A DNA stretch of 64,000 nucleotides from Antedon mediterranea (GCF_964355755.1 NC_092680.1:19043045-19107044); one strand, 5' to 3'. Positions 14,714 through 29,045 are shown, numbered from the stretch's first letter. Notes: a model not told the origin generated them from the letters alone. Made by a program: numbers and translations.

Positions 14714-14764
14714 GATGCGCGTTCAAACGCTGATGATGATAAGCCAGTTATTGTACGCGCGTGA
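14714..14764. repeat. Short dispersed repeat family D (copies near 27776-27826, 51114-51165 and reversed 24299-24356)
   Basis: GCGCGTTCAAACGCTGATGA...GTACGCGCG(C/T)G recurs with substitutions. Confidence 0.55.
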
Positions 14765-14789
14765 AAAACATTGTGCCACTATAGGTTAA

Positions 14790-14945
14790 AGCTCTGTCAA
14801 CACTATCAAACTAGTTTGAAAATAAAGTGTGATGTGCCCAAATATGGTAGTGATATACCCAAATATGGTAGTGATATGACATCATCATGTCCATATATGG
14901 GCACATCACATTTGTTACATAAAGTTTGATAGTGTGAACAGAGCT
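14790..14945. mobile_element. MITE family A copy
   Basis: TAA|AGCTCTGTCAACACTATCAAACT ... AGTTTGATAGTGTGAACAGAGCT|TTA; internal CCCAAATATGGTAGTGATAT repeats. Confidence 0.87.
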
Positions 14946-15470
14946 TTAGAACAAACACAAAATAGACCTTAGGATTATATTATATTATGCTGTCAGAATA
15001 AAATTGTCACAAGCGAACTTGTATATATAGAAGCAACACTAAGTCAATGCGATTGCCGTCGGCCTCATAACAAATCAATTCAGAAACCCTACAACAAATC
15101 AAGTACCAAATTAAATCAAATTTGAAACACAATGTTGATGAGTGGCCTAAAACAAGAGAGTGGCTAAAGAACAGCATCTTTTACTTTCATCAAATATATA
15201 TATAGGCCTACGTATGAAATCTAATGTAGAACTACTGTATAAATAACTACATTGAAATGCGGGCGCTCTCTAAATCAAAACTATATTACTGGAAAACAAA
15301 ACATTCTTAAAATGTAAAGCATTTTAGAAAATTAAAACATTAATTTTTTCAACAAACGGTTAAATATCTGATTTGAAAGGAGGAATGGTTATCCACATAT
15401 TATATGGTTTATAAAAAGTGATATGGAAACGTTTATACTTTCATTGGAGCCCGGTTAAGGGATGGCGAAG

Positions 15471-15643
15471 TCATTGGGGATTGACCGCAACACTACCTCC
15501 GCGATCCGTCCCTATTTACATACTATTATAACACCATGTTCATGAATAAATAGTAGATTTTGTTATTTTCATTGGGGATTGAGTACAACACTACCTCCAA
15601 GATCCGTCCCTATACCATTTAATTATCATAACACCATGTTCAT
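15471..15643. repeat. Tandem duplication with ~98-bp period
   Basis: TCATTGGGGATTGA...AACACTACCTCC..GATCCGTCCCTAT...ATAACACCATGTTCAT occurs twice. Confidence 0.85.
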
Positions 15644-16389
15644 TTCAATAACTTGTTTAGAAAAATGTTAAAGTTTCATTTTCGAACTCGTCACAACTTA
15701 ATATTGAAAACAAAGGGGATCTTAAAAGAGAAAGAGAATTCATTGTACAAATAGTTTCGTTCAAATGTTTCAGTGACAATTACAATATTTAGGCCTTTAT
15801 TTATATATTCGTTTAAAACCGCGGCTTAATAAATGGAAATAAAAATCGATGTTATTATTATTTTCATTCTAGAAATAAATTATAAACTTATATAAATTAT
15901 ATGATTCGATAAAAAAAACATTAGGGCTGGCAGAATTTTAGTAATTTGATGAGAGTGATAATATGTATATGAACCCGAGACATGAATTGTTTGATAGAAG
16001 ATTGAAATGTTTTGTTATAGATGTATAGTATGTAATGTGGTAGTGTATTGTTTGTAATGACATTAATATTTTCGATTTGACAACTTAAAATATTAACGAT
16101 TATCAATATCAATACCAAACAAAAATCAGCCAACATTTTATAATACAATTGTCATATCCACTAAGAAAATGAAACGAACGAATTAGGCTCTTAATGAAAA
16201 TCACAGGGTATTAAATTATCTCCAAAGTAAAATAATAAGAACGTAAAGAAACCTAACTAATGAACTAAAATGATACACGATGATTTGAAAACTGTATTAG
16301 ATGTCACAGGCTCACTTTAAACACACCCGGCCGCCACGACAGGAATAAATGGATTTTTATCTAGCTTACGGCTCCATTTTTCAGGTGTA

Positions 16390-16776
16390 AGGACCATTTA
16401 CACTATGACGTTAACGATCGACGATAAATACATTAACATACATTTTTCTTACATAAAATAAATTGGAAACGTTTTCGTTTTAGAACTATAAAAAAATAAT
16501 TTATGCTTTCATTGATAAAAATAATATTTAAAAAAAATCTTGACGTCGTGATCAATAAAAACAATAACATCGTTGTATTGTCACAATGTTATTGCTGTTC
16601 CTAATCATGACGTCATTTGATTGGACATGTGAAAAGGTAATTTTCATCAAAGGCAGCATATATGGCTCTCCTATAGTTCTAGGATGAAAGTTGTTTAGAT
16701 TTATTTTGTTTTATGTATGGAAAATGCATATTTATCTATTATCGTCGATCGTTATCGTCCTAGTGTAAATGGGCCT
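16390..16776. mobile_element. 387-bp non-autonomous TIR element (Harbinger-like)
   Basis: ~38-bp TIRs AGGACCATTTACACTATGACGTTAACGATCGACGATAA / TTATCGTCGATCGTTATCGTCCTAGTGTAAATGGGCCT; flanks GTA and TTA (TWA-like). Confidence 0.8.
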
Positions 16777-19700
16777 TTACCATTATAAATGTCTTCATTC
16801 GTTATTTTTTGGAAGCAAAACCCACGGCTGGTGAATGATAGAAGTCATATACAGATACGGCATAATGGTCATTGAAACCATTTGCATTTGTCATTTTTCA
16901 TTCACTTATCCAAAGTCATATTAATATATTATTGCATTATTTGATCATGATGTTTGGTGACCAGTGACATACATTTCAGTTTGGTATACTGTTTTCTATT
17001 AAAATCACTCTAATAGATTTCTGTAAACACGTTTTGTTAAGGGAAGTAAGGCGAGCCGTTAGCCAAAACATGTTGATGTATTTATAAAATAATAACAAAT
17101 TAATTTGATAAATTAAAAAAACAATGTATAATAAACTTAATTGTTTTATTTTAATTTCGCCAAATGTGTTTAAGACAGTTAGGCCTAAGTAAAACATTTA
17201 GTCTAAATCCGCCCTTTTTTGTACGTACCAGATTTGTTTAAAAACGTTTATGGTTTTAAAATACGTAGTATAGTATATATGTTCAATAACAATTTATTTT
17301 AATGTTGTTTAGTTTATTTCGTTTTAACAAAGTTAGAGTTGAACGAAAACGAGGCTCCTTAATTTGTGAGGGACGACACGATTACTGTAACTAAACAACA
17401 TTATCAAAGTTGTTGTTTTCCTTTTATCAATGCGCAACAGTTAGTGTCTTCCTTTGTGGTCTGTTCAATTCGCTTTCCATCTTCGTTTATCTATCAAATG
17501 CAAATATCAAAAGTAAAATTAAAAGTAGGCCTAAACAAGAAGATAACGAACTCCCGGAGAGTTAAGTATTTTTTCGGTGCAAACAATTTATCTTCGTTAA
17601 GAAGCCGGACTCCATTATTGTCTGTCCTCATTAATCTTTACATTATGAGGTTCAGTTCAATGGTAAATTTCATAAAAGTGAATTACGCAACCAAAGGCAT
17701 AATTCCCAATAAAGGTCATCCCTAGAATGTTGCAATGAACCTAACATAACATATATACACATTGTTTAGGTCATTTGAGATGCTGTGCTCGGTACAGTTT
17801 TGTTAACAATACCATAAATTTATAAAAAAAAAAATATATATTCATAATGCGAAGAAACCTAGACCTACATTTTGTATGATTATGCTATGCTTATCTCATC
17901 AAACTTGACATCATAGGTTCTACATAATAATATATATTTCTAACAATGAACCAAATAGAAAGCATTGATAATCAGTAAGGACAACTTCCTGCGGTTGCTT
18001 ACATGTGAATAACGTAATATGCTTCTGTCTGAATAGCCAATGTAAACGATCTCAGTGAGTGGCTTTCATGACAGCTATTTTATATTATTGCTACATAATT
18101 TCATTAATATAGACAAGACAAGCTTGATCCGGGAAAAGCTGCGGGTTGAGAATACCATTGTGGAACAAATTAGTAAGATGCAAGTCAAAGCAGAACCGGT
18201 AACGCGTTTTGACTGTGCATCGTTGTTGTAATTGCAGATTGAACGCGATTTTAAAAGCCTGACGCGTGTGCAACACACGCAATCCGTTGAAAGATCTCGA
18301 CAAATGTAGGTCACGTGGAACCCAGCGCGTAATTCTCCCCTGGTGATTGAGTTCGTTTTGTTACCAGCGCGATCATTACAAGAGGGACTCGGTTGTTGCG
18401 CTCTGTCATAGCAAATGTCATATCATCAACGACAAGCGTAATTCATGCAATTCGAAGCAGCACTGCTTTCGTAGTGAGTCAGACAGCGATGTGGACACAC
18501 CCAAATTAAACCTTTAATTGAGTAGGCAAATTCGGCAGCGAGAACAAACCGTAAGCCCTCGAGAGAGTCGTGCAGATTGCATATCGGCGCCAAAACATTC
18601 TCGCACGAGTGCAAGCCCACACTAATAACGTTGTTCCCTCAGATTCAGTACTATCGCCAGTTAAAGATGCTAGCAAATGCAGTCTCAAATAAAACCCCAG
18701 TTTGTCTCAGGAGGGTTGGGTTGTACAATAAGTGAATCATCAAATCTATGGTCCGTCGTCGCTTTATGATACCGCTCTCGTACCCGAAGCCTCCTATCAC
18801 AGCTCTTCATAAGAAAATGTTATCTATGGTTTACAGATACTGCCTTGAAATTAATAAATAATCTATCTAAATATAGTAACTTACTAATAATAAAATTCAT
18901 TAACACTATTTTATTTGCATATAATACAACATTTGGCGTTTCAATCAATTTTTAGAAATAACAAGTATTTGATTCAAGTACGAAGAAAACGATTTCCGTC
19001 GCAAATTGCGTGATATATTCATTATATTACGGATAGAAAGAAAAAATGAAATTGCGCGAACGTGATTGGCTGAAAGTTTTAGCAACGTAAATGTGTATAC
19101 CGCGATTGGTGCTCATGAGGGGGCTATACAGGGTCAGAAACTCTCGACAGGAACAAACTTATTGTCTGCGTACGCCAACATTTCACGAGGCAGAAACTTG
19201 CATTGTGCGACACCTTATGTGTTTGGGAAGTAGTATATGCTGTACTTTGTGTAAACAAATGTCTTCCCGTCAACAATATAAAATAATTTCGTGAATATTG
19301 ACAGCTAAACTAGTTTAGGCCTGTATATGTATTGTATAACATTTTCGCAAAACCTTCTAATAACAATATACTCTCCCTTAAATCTCACCAAAATAATAAA
19401 CACACAAACACGCACAGAATTTTTGTTGATGAGATTGTCGATAAGATTATTTATGTTATAGTGTGAGTTTTTTAATAATTCTCATCACAACAGCGTGCTA
19501 CGGGAGCAAACCTAAATTAAACATTGGTGGTATAGGCTAAGCTACCAAAGCATTGAAAACACGGGCAAAAACAACGTTTCGTCACCTGAAAACGATTAGA
19601 TAGTGATGCTACACATCCATCTCGACCTGCTTATTTTATCTTTCATTTATAACTATCGCTGTACTATGAAATGAAAAAAACTGAGCAGCTGCGAATTGGT

Positions 19701-21686
19701 TCGACTCCAGGATAAAACGCTGAGTAGTCAAAGGCGGAGGCTGAAGCTTTATGTGCCCTTTTTTAGGGTTCTTATGGAATATCGAAACGTATAGTTAGGC
19801 CGATGTTAGGCCGCAGTGCCCCATTCCTTATACCGAGAATAGAACATCTAGAATGTATATTGATTTCATTGTATAAGATATTGGAAAAATGGGTCTCGGA
19901 AATTTAATACTAATATACACACATTCATTTTTTTAACCCAAATTATGACGTCACTTGGCTTGCAATTTGCAGGAAGTGCTCGGGAAGGAATTAATGGAGA
20001 TTTAATTTCCCATCGCTAAAACCTATGTGAAAAGTGTTGGTCAGCGCAAAGCACAGCTCGCGATTCATGACAAAGTTTTCCATATCCCATTTTGCTTAAA
20101 CCAACGAGATCCAAACAGGCCTTACTCAGACGGGTTAACGCCTTTCCTGACTGGTGAATAAGCGAACGTTGGCGAGAGAGCGTCACCACTAGGCTGACAG
20201 CTGGCTAGGCCCCCGAGGTTTCCTCGCGTAAACCCTTATTCTTGTTTTATGCTCGGGCAAGATATCTAAATCCATTAGTATTAATTAGATGACGAATTCT
20301 ATCGTGCACGAAGCAACACAATGATCCGGTAGCAAGGTGCGAAAAAGGTGGCTAGTTAATGAGCAGTTCCGAGTATGATCTCAATTTGGTTTACAGATAC
20401 AGACGAGTTTTTGAGAGATAACAACAACGGGGTCAAAGCAAAAAATATTTGGCAAACGCAGAAATAAAGCATCCCATTAATACAAATCCCGTTTATTATC
20501 TAATGAGTTTCACTTTAAAGCCTGCCTTTTCCAGGTAAAGACACACTATAGACCGTTAGGATAGGAATCCTTATAATGAGTCATGCCTAAATGTAATATT
20601 TTGTTTACATTTTTATTGGTCTATAGTAGAGTGTTAGAAAATCGCAACAACCGTTTAATTTGACCTTTCAACTATTTAGTTAGATAATTTGTTATCATTA
20701 TCTCATTACAGACAATAAATGATGGCAATGGTAAAATTAGGCCCCTTTATGTTTTTCTCTTTTTTTGGAAATCGCCGCTTTTTTCAATTTAGCATCGATT
20801 GTTAGGCTGAGACGACACTCTCGGGGCTAGGCATAACATATTATTTTATATTTGAAAATGACGTCACACAGAGTTTACATTCGCGTATAGTATACGCGTT
20901 CGTATCAACTACCGTTGCTACCGGTAATGAAGCGGATGAGACACTGCGCAAGCGCTGATGATTTGTTACCGAGGTAGAACTGGATTAAAAGTAATTCGTT
21001 TACATATTACATTCCTTTAACTTATTTTCCCATGTTAATTCTATTATGAAGAAGACATATTCGCGACGTAAATGTATAATCCATAGGAAACTAAATCATA
21101 TGAGAAAGGGCATTTAAGGATGAAGTATACGATGACCATGCACGATATATACAACACGCTTAATTGTATACAAACTGAATGAAAATAAAGATCCCAAAAA
21201 CAACGATGACTAAACAACGTATATTGAATATTTACGAAAATAGTATGGTACTCAAAATAGCCTGTTAGTTTTGTATATACTTCAGACGATGACCAAAAAA
21301 GGAGTGAACCTATTGAATTATGTTGACCTACTAAATATCAAAGTCAACGGCGATAATTTGCGCGTGCACGTTGAAGATCATGAGGCCTATTTACGATTTA
21401 TAATAATACATTTCAATGTATACATTCATGTTATATGATACAAAATAATGGATCACGTAAGCAACAAGTTTAGACTGATTATTTGTTTACGTTTAGTAGT
21501 CAAATGTCATGTATTATTAATATTTTAGTCGATAGGAATTATAAACAAGAGACACCTTTAAAATAATTAGCATGCACTAAACTGGAAAAATTTCAACAAC
21601 AATTTCAATTATTATAATTTACAATTTTACAACAACAACACCCAACAGAGTGCTTGCCAGTTTGGTGACTATTATTTAAATGCATT

Positions 21687-21836
21687 CATATTTGGGTATA
21701 TCACAACCATATTTGGGTATATCACAACCATATTTGGGCATATCACAACCATTTTTGGGTATATCACAACCATATTTGGGCACACCACACTTATTTTGTT
21801 ATTTTATTTTTTTAGTTTGATAGTGTAGATAGAGCT
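21687..21836. mobile_element. Truncated MITE family A copy with an expanded 21-bp internal tandem repeat
   Basis: About 4.5 copies of CATATTTGGGTATATCACAAC, then the right TIR AGTTTGATAGTGTAGATAGAGCT. Confidence 0.78.
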
Positions 21837-24800
21837 TACCGCTAAAACCATGGTTATTGTATAGGGATGTCCCATTAATCTTAGTGTTTATTCTTGTAAG
21901 CAATGCTTTACACACAAAACAAATTAATAATACTGATTATTATTGTGTTTTTTTTGGCCTCAGATGAAGTTAAATCCTACTGATGAAGTAAACGAGCATA
22001 GAAGTGACGTAAAGGTAAGGAAAATCCCTGTTTGATGTCAGATATATTCACTCAACCATATAAGAATTGACGTAAGAAGAGGTTTCCTAAAGCGTGACTT
22101 ATCACCAATGTCTTTGTAAAAACGTAAGACCGATAGATACATAAAATCTACACTATCGAATTTCGTGTTATAATACACAATCCAATATGTAAAAGTCTCT
22201 GGTTATAAATTTATTTTGGTAATATAATAAACTACAAAATGCATAGGCTCTGAAAAAACCCGATGAAAGTTGACAGAAAAAAACCCCAATATAGTAACGG
22301 TACATTGCAAACTACGTCTATTCGCTTCTGATATACCTTCATGAATGAATTTGTTTGTGACCTTAAACAAACGCTTATTAATACATTATGTGGAGACAAA
22401 TAATAATATGCAATAGGACCATTTGTGGCGGATAGGGAAAGATATCTCACATAGCCAAACCACTCCCGTAGCCCTGTTAATATACAACATCAGCAGATGT
22501 GCTAGACAGCATAAAACAGGATATGAGCTTACTTTTTAATGTTTAGACGTTGACTTAGTGCCTTGTACTATTCTATCTTTCATCATCTGATGAACAGCCT
22601 AGATAAGTTGTTACGAAGACTGTACGCGGATAGTGAACGATGAATATGACTTCATTCCCTGTGGGCTTGTGCCTCGCACACGACTATCCCCTGGCCTACT
22701 CGTATCTGTCAACTAAGGCCCCATCATCGGTAGTTTTACGGGCTACGCCCTAATAAATGAACCCCTACGACAGGTGACGGGAACGCAAGACCGAGGTCTT
22801 TGAAGACATTTTAATACAGCTGTATTAGACAAACAGGTTAGTTAGGGTTTTAGTTTCGATTTTAGGGATAAGAGAACATGGAATATAGCCTAACCTTTCA
22901 CTATTATTTTATGCATTCTAATCGAGGGATATGAAAATGATTACAGGAATATGTGTACATTATTCATTCAGAGACAGATAATAATAAGTTGAATGAAAAC
23001 TACTTTTGTTATTTTTAAGCACCCCGCCCCTCTCCATCCCAACATAATTTTCAAAATTATTGATCCTTCCCTGATCCTGTTAGAAGAATGAACAGGTTCA
23101 AACTATTGACTTGTATTAGTTAGAAATGGAAGCATTATTGGACAGTTTTTTATAAAATTATTTCAGTTTATTCAACTATAAAACAACGTGTTTAGGACGG
23201 GGAGGTTTCATCAGGGTAGCGTACGTGCATGCAGTCTTCCCTCTCCTCCTTTTATCAGCCAAAACAAAATTAACTTATTCATCATTTGATTAAGACAGGA
23301 CTAACAGATGATACGAAGAACGAGTGTTTACCCAATCTAATTTATCTTTTACTAATGAACATCCTAGACAAGACAAATATTAATGCAAAGTCACGAAATA
23401 TTATTATTATTATTATTGACACGTGTGGGCCTACATTTTTTAAATTATTATTCCAAAGCAGATATATCTTGCTTGCTTCGCGTGATTTCACAAAAAAGTT
23501 TGAGAGTTAAGCGTATGTTTTGTTTGCGTAAGCCAGTGGACGAGTTGACAATGACTATTATGCTATTAGCGTACAATGTATTGTCACAATTAGGCATATA
23601 GATAATATTATTATTATATAAACACAGACTTTATGAGAAGACGGTCCTTCTAAACAAGTACTTGGTGTATTAAAATAATGCTTCTATGATTCACATTATA
23701 TTGGTTGATTAGACACTCGAAACCAAACGGGTTCTGAGAATTTTAACAACGAACAAAACCATTTAATATTTCCATTTGGTTGATGATATTTCTAAGAACA
23801 ACATAAGCACATATAGTTCAATACATTTCATCGTTAAAAAACAATGCAACATTTTTAACATTGTAAATGTTTATATTACGTTCACATTTGTACAGTCACG
23901 TACACATTGTTATTTTAATAATTGTATATATGAATCATTCAATAATAACACTATTACAACGAAGTACATAAAGACATTGCAAGGAAAACAAAAATATAAA
24001 TAATGCGAGAATGCGCTCTTACAACTAAAATATTGCTTTTAACATCGAATATTAAAATCGTTATCAAAATCAACAACTCGCAAATAAATGAAAAACCTGA
24101 TTAAAGGGAAGATTCTCACTAAATCATAAGCAATAGGCCTACAAATTTAATTTCAAAAATTGTTTTCTATATATTTTGTTTGCATTTTAATAAGATGCGT
24201 TACTTTATAGACCTAAATGTGGAGAGCCAACTAGACCTACGCAGAGGTACACACTAGCACTATATTTCGGCAGTAACCCCACGAAAGACACAAAAATGAC
24301 GCGCGCGTATTACAAATACATACTATTTACTATTATCAACATTTGTACGCACGCGTAAGTTTAGTGCCTTTAGTGACGAATTATTAACACCAAATATAAT
24401 ATTCCCTACCTTACGACCATATCCGTACCCGCGGGATAACCGCCTCCGTTTATGCTGCAAAATCATGTTGATATCTGGCCTAGAAATGAGCTAAAATATG
24501 CCACGCCAAACTACTAAGTAACACCTGATAAACTGGAACTTGTACAGTGAAAGATCTTGTATATAGATACTACTGCGTCAAACCAACTGAGTTCATTTTA
24601 GGGGAAGGGATACAGCAAGACCTCTCCTCCCAGGGAACGAGAGCGTCTTTCGTCAGCTGTTTGATGTTGTCAACGATAATTAAGACAGTGCTAACGATCT
24701 AGAGAACCGCGAAGTAAACACACCTAGGACCCTTAATAATCGCATACGATATTTCGATGATTCAACTATGGATACTCAAAAAGCTTGACAGCTTTGGGCT

Positions 24801-27323
24801 GCAAAAACATTATGTACGAGATGCCTTTTGTCATTTCCGCGTGATTATTAAAAGAGAATTCATATTTCCATATTAAATTTATATACCAACATACGTTTGA
24901 TGTTAGTGATTATTTTTTTGTTTATTATATTGTTTTGATAGGGCCTACATTAGGAATTAAACGAAAGCAATTTATGTGAAAAGGGTGACAAACGCGGTAT
25001 ATTAGATATAAAAAAGATTTTTAAGAAATTTAATAATTCTTATATTATTTCGTTTTGTTTGGTGCTACTGTATAAATCTATTAGGCTTTTAATTATATAG
25101 AAACCTTTCGAGTATTATCTAAAAATCAGGCTGCTTTAAATTATGTAATATATAATATAGTCAACAATGTTCCTTCGAAGGGAAAGATGTAACTACAAAC
25201 ATGTACATATGTTTTGTATATTGATTTGTTGAATTACGTAACACGTTAACTTTAAACATTGGCAGACAAATGTTAGGATCTTTCCTAGAATGTTAGCACT
25301 GAGGATACTAAACTTTGGATTAATATACGGCTCAATCTAGATCAACACTTTGGTAGTTGAGCCATTTTGATTTGAAGTGATGAAACAAACAAGCAAACTC
25401 GTTTTAATCTTTATAGGCCTACTACTGTTTGTTTTTAACACATGGTACACTGCACTGATATCGCATATTTATTCATTATATTGCAATCAATGTATTGAGT
25501 TATTATTGTTTTATTACTATTATGAAAATGAAATTAATACAGTAAAGAAATAGAAAACTTTAGGAACCCAGAAAAGTGTCAACTTAATACGGGTATCATT
25601 TGAATATAACATAAGAATTGGCCGTATTGGTAACATTGTTCCTCCTCGTCCTCATTTCCTAAGAAAGTGTCCCATTAGATGTGTTCCAGAAGAGCTAAAG
25701 GGACTGGTTCTTTAGTGTATGTTCACACGATCGTTTGTTGCTGTACAGATATCCACACCCCTTGCACTCTTCGCGCGTTTCTCCTTATCGTCTGCTGACG
25801 CAGGTCCCACGAGACCCGGATTGTATCCGCTTTATTGTATTACAAATGTCGATATTTAATGGAAAGTATGAACCCGCCCAAGGTTTAGAATGGAAAATGA
25901 CAATTAATCATCAAGTAACATATATGTTACTATTAGATAAGGGAGCAAATAGAGAATTGTTACAGAATGTATCTGTAAAGGGTGGTATGGTTACTGCCAG
26001 GCCCTTGATATGTAACAGGCGAATGAAAGTGAACGGTACCAAACATATCGTGTCAGGATTTATTGCTTAAGTAACAGTATTCACACAACCATAACAATGT
26101 ATTAATTGTGAAGGTAATGATTATGTCAAATACACTACATTGAAATATAAAGCTGGGTTTATCACAGAACCGAACCGAAACTCGACGGAGAAAAAGTCTA
26201 TACTATTTCTTTAATTACACCGAGTCGGACGATAGCGCGAATAAAATAAAGAGCTCGAGGACTTACTTCCAGTCTATAAAGTAAACACCTTTGACCAATC
26301 ACGAAATCCTGCTTTGTAGATATCTTTATTCTTTTTCATTGTACATTTTAAACGAATTCAGATTTGGTGTCAATCCCTCTTAAGCCCACTGACTGATCAT
26401 GAGTAATTGAATACTAAATTTGTTAAATAAAAAGGACAAACTTTCAAACTAAGATAAATAATAGAAAATCTCTATACGGTATTATGACCCAGTTCACAAA
26501 CCGATGACGTCACTACATTAATTGTAGTAAATATTAGTAATTGTCAATAAATATATTGAATCTTATATTCACAGAAATGGGAATCTAGTAATCTAACCTC
26601 TTGATACATGTTAAGTTACTCATCCTATACAAGAGATACAATGCTTCCTCAAAAAATGCCGGATAATAGGAACTAAAATACCTCTAACCGATAGATTTAA
26701 TTTTGCATTAGTTTTATTTTTAGCCTAGCCTAAAGCGACGTGAGAATACAGTGTTGAAGATAACACAGGGTTATTTTTAACTTCGTAATTATATAATAAA
26801 TGATTGCAAAAATTTCAATTTTAAAAATATTGACTAAAAGCCAAATATATAGGCTATAGTTTTAAAATGATGAAATATCTAAAGTCTTAAAAATTTAGCA
26901 GCTAAAATGTACTGGTATATCAGGAATTTGTATTGTCGCTGATGATCACGGATGATGAGAGTATGAATAATATAACATCGTTAAAACAACTTTTATGTAC
27001 CGAAATAATAATAAACCAGGCACAGACAATTGTAAAGTAAAAATGTTACGGTACCCTATGTGTTTCTTTATTTTATTTTCCTAACAAATTTGTATTTTTC
27101 AAAACTTGAAATTAAAAAAATATTACGTTTTATCTTTAATGTAGATGCCGATCCATCAAATGATTTTACTTTGAATGTATATGCAATATAGTTTTTTTTT
27201 TACCTCTGGTACGGAATAGTCGATATTTTTTATATATTTATTATTTATATGTATATTTTGTGTTAGATGGAGTGCTAACATATAATATTAACATCAACAA
27301 GTATTCCATAATTCCACAAAGAT

Positions 27324-27408
27324 TCGTAAGCGCAACCTTAGCGAGTTGACCAATGAAAATCACTTACGTTGCGCTTACGTCCTTCGTTGCCTCCTAGTGG
27401 ACCAAGCT
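27324..27408. mobile_element. MITE family B, degraded copy
   Basis: CGTAAGCGCAAC...GAGTTGACCAAT...GTTGCGCTTACGTCC...CTAGTGGACCAAGCT. Confidence 0.7.
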
Positions 27409-27641
27409 TCAAGGCGAGGTGAGGATGACGTCAGACAGACTCGGACTACGTTATATAAATCAACACCCTTTAACATCTTTACCTTTGCACTAATACTAAC
27501 ATTGCTTACATTAAACAAAAGTGAGATTGACGTCAAATATTTATTTTTAAAATTAGTAATAATGATGAATATTACTATTGTACATGGGTTAAATACATTT
27601 AATTCATAAAACCTTTTTATTAAACAATTATAACTGTTTTA

Positions 27642-27687
27642 TGTGAAATGTTATGTGCCCAACTAGTTTGATAGTGTAGTCAGAGCT
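27642..27687. mobile_element. MITE family A fragment (right end)
   Basis: ...ATGTGCCCAACTAGTTTGATAGTGTAGTCAGAGCT|TTA. Confidence 0.65.
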
Positions 27688-27876
27688 TTAATTGTGTTGG
27701 CATAAACGGTAACTGCAATATATTTTTGATAATCACAATTAATCTTCACTATAGTTAAAGATTGAAATATATTAACGCGAGCATTCAAACGCTGATAAAA
27801 TAGTACGAGTTTTGTACGCGCGCGTCCTCTTCGTTATAACCACGGTGAGTTAACAACAATAGTTTAAGATTGTTTA

Positions 27877-27930
27877 AGCGTGGTTCTCAGAAACGCAACG
27901 CACGGACGTACGCAACAACACAACCAAGCT
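27877..27930. mobile_element. MITE family B, 54-bp internally deleted copy with TTA target duplication
   Basis: TTA|AGCGTGGTT...ACGCAACGCACGGACGTACGCAAC...AACCAAGCT|TTA. Confidence 0.7.
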
Positions 27931-28687
27931 TTATGACCATGGATTCGTCTCTCGCAACTTAAAATCACCTCGAATGTACTTTGAATGTTGTCGGATAGTC
28001 ACATCATCCGGACATCTTACGTGTATTGTTAGCCACTTAGTCTGAACAAATCTCTTTATTGGCGGGAAATACGGAGATCAAACGATTCGAACACACACAC
28101 ACACTTATGTCATCTATTGGCTAGGGTTGAACTTCCTCTTGCTAAGACTGTACGCCGGCGGAACATCTTATTTCCCGTGTCGGCTTCTTCATTGTACCTC
28201 GTACGTCTTCGTGCGTTTTTGGCCGAGGAGCATACAAGGGAGGGGCAAAAAAAGTGCTAGTTTCCTAACAGGTGTCTTTTCTTATTTATCACGCGACACA
28301 TAATTGCATTTCTCATACACATCAGAAGATTAAATTCTTGTTTATAGCATAGCATCTTTTGAGAATTAGCACTTAAATTACGGAAATTCAAATTCAAGTT
28401 CAAGTTCGAACAATCAAAATAAAGGATGTGACCCAAGAAGACTTACAAGGAGTTCACATACAAAAACAGTAGGCCTAGTCAGACAATACGCCCTCTCCAC
28501 GAATACTTATAATATAACGAACTTTAAACCAGTACGAACAATGCATAGGCATTTATTATTTAAATGTATATGAATGCATTAAGTGCATGTTGGGTAATTA
28601 TGTTCATGGTTTGTCATAAAAAACAGTGGCGGACGGAAGGTAATAACCAGGTCATTCATGTAGTTTAGGTATTTACATTTTGATTAA

Positions 28688-28790
28688 AGCTTGGTTCCCA
28701 CTAGCGACGCAACGCAAGTGATTTGTCATTGGTTAACTCGCTTGCGTTGCGCGTACTTCCTTGCGTAGCGTCTCTAGTGGGAACCACACT
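28688..28790. mobile_element. MITE family B (PIF/Harbinger-like) with TAA target duplication
   Basis: TAA|AGCTTGGTTCCCACTAG ... CTAGTGGGAACCACACT|TAA; internal GCAACGCAAG/CTTGCGTTGC inverted repeat. Confidence 0.88.
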
Positions 28791-28817
28791 TAAGATACAG
28801 TATAATGAACTACCCAC

Positions 28818-29045
28818 CTCACCAACGGTGTCATATCTCATCCTGTTGATCTTGTTGAGGTACGTTGTAGTAATTGGCATGTTATAATCGATGGGGGCGT
28901 CCTCTGTTGCGATGGGTCCACTGATGGTTGGGCTAGGTTCGTTGGCGTTATTTGGTGATAAGTGCATCCGTTTAAGACAGTCACTACAGTTCATTAAAAA
29001 ACGCGTTACGGCCTCACGCGGAAGAAACGCATACGTTTCAGCAAT
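28818..29045 (-). CDS. NOL4: NOL4-like coding exon 3 (76 aa)
   Basis: IAETYAFLPREAVTRFLMNCSDCLKRMHL...IDYNMPITTTY...DTVGE matches NOL4 (ISESYAFLPREAVTRFLMSCSECQKRMHL...IDYNMPIT). Acceptor AAAACAG| at 29047-29046. The preferred donor is GAG|GTGGGT at 28817 (phase 0); an alternative TTG|GTGAGG lies 5 nt upstream. The gene probably continues beyond position 1. Confidence 0.92.

Noticed and set aside
18075-18688. Cys-rich short ORFs in the GC-richer block
   Set aside because: No recognisable domain, overlapping frames and no coherent splice signals; more consistent with regulatory DNA.
26061-26083. TTATTGCTTAAG match to the 5' half of miR-137
   Set aside because: The 3' half does not match and no precursor hairpin is evident. 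I recognised no conserved miRNA by eye elsewhere either.
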